From contig JANPBN010000097.1 of the NCBI GenBank assembly GCA_031430415.1, positions 1 to 33,923 on the forward strand: DNA of 33,923 nt. The letters are read 5' to 3'. Numbering within the stretch: the first letter of the stretch is position 1; the number at the start of each line of letters is the position of its first letter. Positions 25,352 through 32,018 of the stretch are shown here, piece by piece. Both the position numbers and the translations under genes were made by a program. This DNA is from Dehalococcoidia bacterium (GTDB lineage Bacteria > Chloroflexota > Dehalococcoidia > DSTF01 > JACRBR01). The notes under the pieces were generated by a model. It did not search any database, had not been told where the DNA came from, and saw nothing but the letters and a program-made list of their open reading frames with translations.

Positions 25352-26950
25352 CTAGCCGCCGAGTTTCGCGATGACCTGGTTGAGGAGCACGAGCACCTTT
25401 GCCTGTGCGACACAGTCGGCGAGATAGTCGCCGGAACCACCGCATGAATCGACGTGCGGGCGCAGATCCTTCAGCGTAACGAGTGCGGCTGCGGGCGCGT
25501 TCGCTGCAATCTGGGCTGCCGCCGTCGCGAGCGGCGTGTTGATCTGAGAAGCGCTGGACCCTGGCGCGAATGCGGATCCGGGCAGCGCCGAGACGACGCC
25601 GGAGATCCAACTCGGGTCGGCGACAAGATAGCGGGCGAGTGCGAAGTCATCGCCGGCGGTACCGGGGTTGTAGGCATCGCCGACGAGAACCACGGCGCCA
25701 TCGGGAAACAGAGCCAGTGCGTGGGCGCCATCTGCTCCGCCGAAGAAGTCGGTGGTGACGTGGCCGCCGCTCCCGAAGGTTGCGTCGGGACTCCCATCCT
25801 GGTTGTAACGGAAGAGCGCGAAGTCAAAGCTGGTCGCCGGGTGGACGCTGTGGCCGGCGCCGATGATCTTGCCATCGGGCTGAATCGCGAGCCACAGGAT
25901 CTGGTCGTACTCGCCAGAGACATCGGTGACGCCGATGCCGGGTGCGCCGAACGCGGCAAATCCGGTGTCGAGACTGCCATTTGTGTTCAGCCGCATGATG
26001 GCGGCATCGTTGTCAGCGCCGGCCGGGTTGAACGCGTAGCCCGCCGCGACGATCTTTCCGTCGGCCTGGAGCGTCACGGCCCACGCGATGTCGGTTCCGC
26101 CGAGGAAGTCACGCATCACCAGGCCGCCCCAGCCGAATGACGCGTCGCGGCCACCGTTGGCGTTGTATCGCGCGACGGCCATGTCGTGGTTCGCCGTCTT
26201 GGGGTTGAACGCCATGCCGACGGCGACGATCCTTCCATCGGGCTGAAGAGCGATCTTCATCGCCGCGTCGTTGCTTCCCGCGAAGTCCGTCGTAACGAGC
26301 CCACCCCAACCGAAACTGCCGTCGCGGCTGCCGTTTGCGTTGTAGCGTGCCAGCGCGAACTCTGAGTTGTTTGCGGTCCGATAGGCGAATCCCGCAGCAA
26401 CGATCTTGCCATCGACCTGAACGGCGACACCGAGCACAGTGTCCGCGCCGCCGAAGAAGTCGGTCATGACGATGCCGCCCCAGCCAAACGTGCCGTCACG
26501 GCTGCCGTTCGCGTTGAGGCGCGCAATCCCGAAGTCCGCGTTTCCTGCCGCGCGATCAGCGCGCCCGGCAATCACGATCTTGCCATCCGGTTGAAGCGCG
26601 ACGGACAGGCCTTCGTCGTACCCGCCAACGAAGTCCACGAGGACGATGCCGCCCTGCCCAAACGACGGATCGAGCGTTCCGTTCGGCCGGTACCGAAGCA
26701 CGGTGGCATCGAACGATCCCGTCGACGGATTGCGGGCCTTACCGGCGATCACCATGTTTCCATCGGGTTGCACCGCCATGGAGAACGGCTCGTCCTCGTA
26801 CCCGCCGGCGCCGGAAACATCGAGGAGCGCTCGGCCGTTGGCGCCGAACGTTGGATCGAGCAGCACCGGTACGGTGGCCGCATCGGCGACGAGGAGGATC
26901 GAAAACAGCGCCGCAGAAGTTGCTGCGAGGAGAAGCAGCGCGCGTTTCAT
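25352..26950 (-). CDS. Secreted delta-60-repeat protein (7 repeats, predicted beta-propeller) with a Cys-containing helical C-terminal module
   Basis: Signal peptide MKRALLLLAATSAALFSILLVADA. Seven ~58-61-aa repeats follow, of the form [LR]D.[ST]FG.GG.V..DF.GG.D.A.AVALQ.DGKIV.AG.A.......DFA.ARYN.NGS. The ATG forms an ATGA overlap with the upstream methyltransferase stop. Confidence 0.85.
   Translation of the reverse strand: MKRALLLLAATSAALFSILLVADAATVPVLLDPTFGANGRALLDVSGAGGYEDEPFSMAVQPDGNMVIAGKARNPSTGSFDATVLRYRPNGTLDPSFGQGGIVLVDFVGGYDEGLSVALQPDGKIVIAGRADRAAGNADFGIARLNANGSRDGTFGWGGIVMTDFFGGADTVLGVAVQVDGKIVAAGFAYRTANNSEFALARYNANGSRDGSFGWGGLVTTDFAGSNDAAMKIALQPDGRIVAVGMAFNPKTANHDMAVARYNANGGRDASFGWGGLVMRDFLGGTDIAWAVTLQADGKIVAAGYAFNPAGADNDAAIMRLNTNGSLDTGFAAFGAPGIGVTDVSGEYDQILWLAIQPDGKIIGAGHSVHPATSFDFALFRYNQDGSPDATFGSGGHVTTDFFGGADGAHALALFPDGAVVLVGDAYNPGTAGDDFALARYLVADPSWISGVVSALPGSAFAPGSSASQINTPLATAAAQIAANAPAAALVTLKDLRPHVDSCGGSGDYLADCVAQAKVLVLLNQVIAKLGG
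25622..26860 (-). repeat. Seven in-frame ~175-185-bp divergent tandem repeats encoding the delta-60 blades
   Basis: Read from the translation. Repeats start at LDPTFGANG, LDPSFGQGG, RDGTFGWGG, RDGSFGWGG, RDASFGWGG, LDTGFAAFG and PDATFGSGG. Confidence 0.8.
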
Positions 26951-27927
26951 CGGGCGGAGACTTCCGTCGTGCGCGCGTGTGCCGGTGCGGCCGTATCGTC
27001 ACTCGAACGTCGCGCCCGGAAGATCACCTTTTCGACCGGAAACGGGTGGTGGTAGACCAGCGGCAAGCGCGCGACCTCGTCGACAGTATCGAAGCCGGCG
27101 ACCTGGAGCATTGTGCGCAGCGTCATCGTCGACGGCACGGACCAGATGTACTGGTAGAAGCCGAAGAACTGCGTCATGGCGGTGTTCCCCAGCCCCTCCA
27201 ACTCCGGATTGTACGGTTCGGCGAGGAGCAGGAACCCTCCCGGCTTCAGCATGGGGTAGATGCGTTCCAGCGCACGCTGCGGGTCGCGCAGGTGCAGCAT
27301 CAGATCGCTGACGAACACCATGTCGAAGGTGCCGAGGTCATGCGGCGAGAGATCGTACACGCTCACAGTTCGCCGCTCGACGCGCGAGCCGAGCAGTTCG
27401 TGGGCGAGGCGAAATCCGGCGCCTGTCGGCGTATCTTCGTCCGGGGCCATGCGTTCGAGCGTTCGGAGCGGAATGTCGGCGTGAAACCATGACGGGATGT
27501 CCGTGGCGACGACGACGGCGCCCCGGCGCTCCATCTCGAACGCCCAAAACCCGTCGAAGGTAGCGACTTCGAGCACGCGCATACCGTGCATGTCGGCGGG
27601 CAGGCAATAGCGATCCCTGATGGCGCGGTGGTCAACATATCCGGGCGTCACAACGCCGTGGGGCAGTTCAATGACGTGGTACCAGTCGACACCCTGAACG
27701 CGCTCGGCGATCGCGCGCGCTGGCGGAGACACGTACGCGGACGGATCGAGCGTGGCGCGCGTCCCGGGCAGATCCAGTGGCGCCGAAGACTGGGCGGCAC
27801 GGCCGAACAGCCGCAGGACGGGCGCGGCAAGGCGACGGATGCGGCGCGCCTGCCGCTCTTCGACGCCAAGCGCAATCTCGAAGCCCGCGATGCGGAGGCG
27901 TCGGCGCCGGACCATCGTGTCAGCCAT
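26947..27927 (-). CDS. Class I SAM-dependent methyltransferase, paralogue 3
   Basis: Start at MADTMVRRRRLRIAGF lies 11 nt after the upstream stop. The track extension to 28026 is Arg-rich and overlaps the upstream gene. Blocks: WYHVIELPHGVVTPGYVDHR, VLEVATFDGFWAFEMERRGA, FDMVFVSDLMLHLRDP. Confidence 0.85.
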   Translation of the reverse strand: MADTMVRRRRLRIAGFEIALGVEERQARRIRRLAAPVLRLFGRAAQSSAPLDLPGTRATLDPSAYVSPPARAIAERVQGVDWYHVIELPHGVVTPGYVDHRAIRDRYCLPADMHGMRVLEVATFDGFWAFEMERRGAVVVATDIPSWFHADIPLRTLERMAPDEDTPTGAGFRLAHELLGSRVERRTVSVYDLSPHDLGTFDMVFVSDLMLHLRDPQRALERIYPMLKPGGFLLLAEPYNPELEGLGNTAMTQFFGFYQYIWSVPSTMTLRTMLQVAGFDTVDEVARLPLVYHHPFPVEKVIFRARRSSDDTAAPAHARTTEVSAR

Positions 27928-27938
27928 TGTCGTCTTTC

Positions 27939-28706
27939 TCAGCTGCCGGCGGCGGCGGCCGCGCCATCGATTTCTGCGGTGGCTCGGCCGGCGGCCGGCG
28001 CGTAGCGTCGCGCGTGCTCCTGCCATGCCGGAGTCAACTCCTGCTGGTCCTTCAGCGTATCCATCGAACGCCAGAAACCACGGTGACGATAGATGTACAG
28101 ATCCTGCCGCTGCGCGAGATGTGGAAGCACATCGCGCTCAAGATTCTCGCCGTGCCAGCGATCGAAGGCCGACGAGTCGAACACGAAGAAGCCGGCGTTG
28201 ATCAATCGATCGGGGAGGATGGGCTTCTCCTCGAAGTGCGTGACGCATCCCTGGTCGTCCGAGTGCACAAGCCCGTACTGCGAGCGAAGCGGCACGGCCG
28301 TCATCGTCGCGTTCCCTCGATGCGTCTCGTGGAACTCGACGAGCGCTGCGAGGTCGATGTCGCCCAGTCCATCGCAATATGTCGCGTGGAACGTGGGCGT
28401 CAGGTAGTCGCGGCAACCAAGGATGCGGCCGCCTGTGCCGGTCGTATCGCCCGTATCGACGCAGCGTACACGCCATCCGAGGGCGTCCTCTCGTCGCGCG
28501 AAATGGTCGATGATTTGGTCTTTCAGGTAGCCGACCGAGAGCACGAAGTCACGGTATCCGGCGGCAGCGTAGATGCGCATGACCTGCTCAACGATCGGCG
28601 CATCGCCGACGTCCATCAGAGCCTTCGGCATGCGCTGCGTGTACGGGTAGGCGCGGGTACCGAGTCCGCCGCACAGGATCACCACGGTCATGTCGCGCTG
28701 CGTCAT
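27939..28706 (-). CDS. rfbF: Glucose-1-phosphate cytidylyltransferase-like sugar nucleotidyltransferase
   Basis: About 255 aa. VVILCGGLGTRAYPYTQRMPKALMDVGDAPIV, VDTGDTTGTGGRI, YCDGLGDIDL, INAGFFVFD and HRGFWRSMDTLKD follow the RfbF pattern. The ATG (MTQRDMTVV) forms an ATGA overlap with the upstream stop; the alternative ATG is at 28691. Confidence 0.75.
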   Translation of the reverse strand: MTQRDMTVVILCGGLGTRAYPYTQRMPKALMDVGDAPIVEQVMRIYAAAGYRDFVLSVGYLKDQIIDHFARREDALGWRVRCVDTGDTTGTGGRILGCRDYLTPTFHATYCDGLGDIDLAALVEFHETHRGNATMTAVPLRSQYGLVHSDDQGCVTHFEEKPILPDRLINAGFFVFDSSAFDRWHGENLERDVLPHLAQRQDLYIYRHRGFWRSMDTLKDQQELTPAWQEHARRYAPAAGRATAEIDGAAAAAGS

Positions 28707-29743
28707 CGGACGCTCCCGTTGGCGCCGGCCTTCGCGAACTCGCGTGGCAGCGATGGCTCGAATCCCAGGAACTCGCGATACCACCGCACGCTCTGCATGA
28801 TGCCCGAATCCAGGGACACTTGCGGCGCCCAGTCGAGGATCCGTGCCGCCTTCTCCGAGGAGAGCCATTGCCGTGCTATCTCGCCGCGGTTCTGGCCCTG
28901 AATGACAGGCTCCAACGGCGCCGGAGCGTGCGCGAGAATCTGGCGAACGATCTCGAGCACAGAGTAACCCCGTCCCCAGCCGAAGTTGAACGCCTGCCCG
29001 CGCACATCGTCGCGACCGACGTTCCGCGCGAGGGTCAAGTATGCATCGACCGCGTCACTCACGTACATGTAGTCTCGCTCAAGCGTTCCATCGCTGCGGA
29101 TCACCGGCGCCTCGCCGTTGAGCATCGAGCGGATGGTGCCGGGGACGACGCGGGACCAGTTCAGGTCGCCGGGGCCGTAGATGTTCGCGCAGCGAACGAT
29201 TGCCATCGGCAGGCTATAGGTGACGGCGTAGCTGCGGGCGATCGTCTCCGCACAGAGCTTGGACGCGTCGTAGGGGTAGACCGCGGACAACGGACTATCC
29301 TCGTGGTACGGAAGAACCGGTTGATCGCCATACACCTTGTCGCTCGAGGCGAAGACGAGGCTCTGAAGGAACGAACTCTGTCGGGCTGCCTCCAGCAGCG
29401 TCCAGGTTCCGCGGATGTTCGACTCGAACGTCGACAGCGGCGAGCGATTCGCGACGCCTACGATGGCCTGGGCAGCGAGATGGAAGCAGTGCTGCACCTC
29501 GTATTCGTTGAAGGCGCGTTCAACGGTGGCGTAGTCGGCGATCGAACCGTGGACGATCTCCACCCGGCCGGTGAGGCCGAGCATGTCCAGCCGCCTGTCG
29601 CCACGTGAGTCGCGGAGAATGCCGACGACGTGCGCGCCCTGCTCGACGAGAGCAGCAGCGAGTTGACTCCCCACAAAGCCACCGATGCCGGTGACAAGCG
29701 CTCGCTGCCCACGCCAGTAGCCGGTGCCGTTGTTCGAGGCCAT
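28703..29743 (-). CDS. Extended-SDR NAD-dependent sugar dehydratase/epimerase (CDP-glucose 4,6-dehydratase-like)
   Basis: YWRGQRALVTGIGGFVGSQLA (GxxGxxG), SSDKVYG and the catalytic YPYDASK (YxxxK). The N-terminal YWRG..LVTG and the position next to the rfbF-like gene suggest RfbG-type. Start at ATG 29743 (AAGGGAG about 7 nt upstream) overlaps the upstream TAA by 1 nt (TAATG). Confidence 0.65.
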   Translation of the reverse strand: MASNNGTGYWRGQRALVTGIGGFVGSQLAAALVEQGAHVVGILRDSRGDRRLDMLGLTGRVEIVHGSIADYATVERAFNEYEVQHCFHLAAQAIVGVANRSPLSTFESNIRGTWTLLEAARQSSFLQSLVFASSDKVYGDQPVLPYHEDSPLSAVYPYDASKLCAETIARSYAVTYSLPMAIVRCANIYGPGDLNWSRVVPGTIRSMLNGEAPVIRSDGTLERDYMYVSDAVDAYLTLARNVGRDDVRGQAFNFGWGRGYSVLEIVRQILAHAPAPLEPVIQGQNRGEIARQWLSSEKAARILDWAPQVSLDSGIMQSVRWYREFLGFEPSLPREFAKAGANGSVR

Positions 29744-30471
29744 TACCATGCTCCCTTGCCGCTGACGATCACGGGAATTGTCCGTGCGAGAATCCAGATG
29801 TCGAGCCAAAGGGACCAGTCCCGCGCGTACCGGATGTCCATTTCCACCATCTCGCCAAACGACAACAAGCTGCGACCGTTCACCTGCCACAGACCTGTGA
29901 TGCCGGGCACGGCCAGCACACGGTGCGCGTGGTAGTCGCTCAGTGGGTTGCCCGCTTCCTCCGGCAGGGCGGGACGCGGCCCGACGAGGCTCATATCGCC
30001 GCGGAGCACGTTGAACAGCTGCGGCAGCTCATCGATGCTGAAGCGGCGGATCCAGCCGCCGACAGAGGTGCGTCGAGGGTCATGCTTGATCTTGAAGAGC
30101 GGTCCGTCAGCTTGGTTTTGGTTCGCCAGGCCACCCTTGGCGACATGGGCGTTCACAGCCATCGAGCGAAACTTGTACATACGGAACGGACGCCCGCTGA
30201 GCCCGACGCGCTCCTGCACGTGGAGTACCGGCCCACTGGAGTCGAGCTTGATCGCTAGCGCCACGACGAGCATTGGCGGGCCGAGCAAGACGAGTCCGGC
30301 CGCAGCGACGACGATGTCAATCAACCGCTTGAGCGCCATCTGGAGGCGCTTGGCCTGCTGGCCCCACGAAGTCGGCGCCGGAATCACCCACATGGCGCTC
30401 ACAGCCACCAGGCGAAGCGATTCTGCGGGCAGCGGTGTCGCGGTCAATGTGGTGCCGAGATGCTGTTCCAT
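29743..30471 (-). CDS. Initiating phosphoglycosyl transferase (bacterial sugar transferase family, small WbaP/WcaJ/PglC-like)
   Basis: 242 aa. LKRLIDIVVAAAGLVLLGPPMLVVALAIKLDS re-entrant helix, then RPFRMYKFRSM, GPLFKIKHDPR, DELPQLFNVLRGDMSLVGPRP, PGITGLWQV. GAAGGA lies 8 nt upstream of the ATG. Confidence 0.9.
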   Translation of the reverse strand: MEQHLGTTLTATPLPAESLRLVAVSAMWVIPAPTSWGQQAKRLQMALKRLIDIVVAAAGLVLLGPPMLVVALAIKLDSSGPVLHVQERVGLSGRPFRMYKFRSMAVNAHVAKGGLANQNQADGPLFKIKHDPRRTSVGGWIRRFSIDELPQLFNVLRGDMSLVGPRPALPEEAGNPLSDYHAHRVLAVPGITGLWQVNGRSLLSFGEMVEMDIRYARDWSLWLDIWILARTIPVIVSGKGAW

Positions 30472-30496
30472 CGTGCGTGTCCTTCGCGTCGCCGAG

Positions 30497-30529
30497 AACC
30501 TAGCAACGGGTGGTTAAGCCTCGGTTAAG
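30497..30529 (-). promoter_or_regulatory. SARP-type promoter: heptamer direct repeat plus -10 box upstream of the phosphoglycosyl transferase operon
   Basis: The minus strand reads CTTAACC-GAGG-CTTAACC-ACCCGTTGC-TAGGTT. On the plus strand this is GGTTAAG at 30512-30518 and 30523-30529, with AACCTA at 30497-30502. The repeats overlap the last codons and stop of the 71-aa ORF. Confidence 0.6.
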
Positions 30530-30729
30530 TCGCGCCTTGCGTCATCCGTCTTGATGACGGTTCGAATAAATGAAAGCGCGTGAGCAAACTCGCGAAAGCG
30601 CATTCCGGCGTTTGTCGCGACGTGCCGAATCTCGCCGTGCTCCACCATGCCGGGCTCTTCGACCCACAGGCGGATGACGAACGTCTCATAACGCTTTGTG
30701 CTGGCGGGATGTCCGCGAGTGGTCCGCAA
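30514..30729 (-). CDS. Small (71 aa) protein of unknown function
   Basis: TTG start, preceded by GGGGGTAG. The sequence MRTTRGHPASTKRYETFVIRLWVEEPGMVEHGEIRHVATNAGMRFREFAHALSFIRTVIK.. has the pattern F-V-I-R-L-W..E, then G-x-I-x-H-V, then F..L..FI. I recognise this pattern from uncharacterised small proteins. It has its own SARP-type promoter. Confidence 0.5.
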   Translation of the reverse strand: MRTTRGHPASTKRYETFVIRLWVEEPGMVEHGEIRHVATNAGMRFREFAHALSFIRTVIKTDDARRDLTEA

Positions 30730-30795
30730 TGGCTACCCCCAAGATCGCCCGTACGCGATCTCCATCGCTATCGCGCAGGTGCGCGGCTAACGCGG

Positions 30796-30828
30796 ATGGT
30801 ACGGGGACGTGGTTAACTGGTAGTTAAG
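30796..30828 (-). promoter_or_regulatory. SARP-type promoter: heptamer direct repeat plus -10 box upstream of the 71-aa ORF
   Basis: The minus strand reads CTTAACT-ACCA-GTTAACC-ACGTCCCCG-TACCAT. On the plus strand this is GGTTAAC at 30811-30817, AGTTAAG at 30822-30828 and ATGGTA at 30796-30801. It lies about 30 nt downstream of the SARP gene stop. Confidence 0.55.
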
Positions 30829-30858
30829 GCCGTGCGACGCCCTGGACGAGAGGGGTGA

Positions 30859-31863
30859 TCATGGAAATAGCGACTCAAACGCACGTACCGTGTCTGTGCC
30901 GGGAGAAGCGCCGATCTCTCGTTTGAGCATCGTGCGACAGACGGCGTACCAGGCGCCGGCGCGCGCATGCTGATTCAACGCGCCGTGGCACTGCATCAGC
31001 ATGCGGTAGGCGTCCTCGCGGCAAGGATCCGCATCGATGATCTTGTGGCAATAGCGAATGGCGTCCCGCGCATCGCCGTTCTGCATGGCAAGTTCCGCGA
31101 GATTGCTCACGATCTCCAAGTACACGTCGCGTAGCTGTTCGCGACGGATGATCGTCCAATCGTCGTAGATGTCTTCTTCGAGCAGGTCGCCGGCGTACAG
31201 ACGCTCGGCCTCGCGGTACTCGCGGCGCGCGAGTTCAATCTCTTGGGCAGCTTGAAACGCCGTGCCGCGCCGCCAGTGCCGCTCCAGCGATTCGGTATCG
31301 ATCCAGACCTTGGCATCCCGGTTCAGGCCGTATGTGCCATCCCGGAAGACCACCCAGCGGTCATGCGTGCCCGCCGTCCTTCCGGGTTCCAGAATGCTGC
31401 GCAGGTTGTGCGCTGCGACCTTCAGTGACACGCCGCCGGTGACCGGGTCGGTGTCAGGCCACAGCATCTCCATAAGTGCGTCTCGCGGCAAGATGCGATC
31501 CCTGTGGCTGGCGAGGATCTTCAAGAGCGAACGAGCCTTGCCACCGAGGCGAGCGGTGACATCCTCACCATTCACAGCGACACGGAACGACGCCATCATG
31601 TGGATCGCGAGGCTAGGGGACGGGGCGGCGCCGCGATCTGTTTTGATCGCGTCCGTATCGCTCGCTGCATCGTCGCGCAGCAGGTAGGGCGGCACGTCCG
31701 ACCGGGGGGACGCCATTCTGCGTGTGGTCACGTTGTGCCCCTCGATAACTGGAGCGCCCTCAACGCGGAAACGACGGACTGTAGCGCGGCCGCGAGTGCC
31801 GCACGATGCATGCTCGAAAACAGAAGCCACCCCCAGAGGCACGGCTTCCTTGCCTTGCACCAT
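30859..31863 (-). CDS. SARP-family transcriptional activator (OmpR-type winged helix plus BTAD domain; AfsR/DnrI/RedD family)
   Basis: FRVAVNGEDVTARLGGKARSLLKILASHRDRILPRDALMEMLWPD is a Trans_reg_C-like domain. The TPR-like BTAD follows (AQEIELARREYREAERLYAGDLLEEDIYDDW...REDAYRMLMQCHGALNQHARAGAWYAVCRTMLKREIGASP). The start is uncertain: ATG at 31863 gives an ~88-aa N-terminal extension, while ATGs at 31599/31596 (MMASFRV) give a canonical ~245-aa small SARP. None has a clear SD. Confidence 0.85.
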   Translation of the reverse strand: MVQGKEAVPLGVASVFEHASCGTRGRATVRRFRVEGAPVIEGHNVTTRRMASPRSDVPPYLLRDDAASDTDAIKTDRGAAPSPSLAIHMMASFRVAVNGEDVTARLGGKARSLLKILASHRDRILPRDALMEMLWPDTDPVTGGVSLKVAAHNLRSILEPGRTAGTHDRWVVFRDGTYGLNRDAKVWIDTESLERHWRRGTAFQAAQEIELARREYREAERLYAGDLLEEDIYDDWTIIRREQLRDVYLEIVSNLAELAMQNGDARDAIRYCHKIIDADPCREDAYRMLMQCHGALNQHARAGAWYAVCRTMLKREIGASPGTDTVRAFESLFP

Positions 31864-32018
31864 CTGCCTGACGCATGCTGGTCGCCACCTCTACGGGGAA
31901 GGCGACGCCCTACAACGGCTTTTATGTAGCCGTTAGCGCGTTATGTTCCGAATGTCATGTAGTTTCGGCCGCTCGTCGCCGACCGTACCGCCGCGCGGGG
32001 AGCGACGGCATCGTGGCT

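Noticed and set aside
31914-31934. Stem-loop AACGGCT-TTTATGT-AGCCGTT upstream of the SARP ORF
   Set aside because: The stem is only 7 bp, there is no U-tract in either orientation, and no upstream gene needs terminating. It is treated as possible leader structure, not a terminator.
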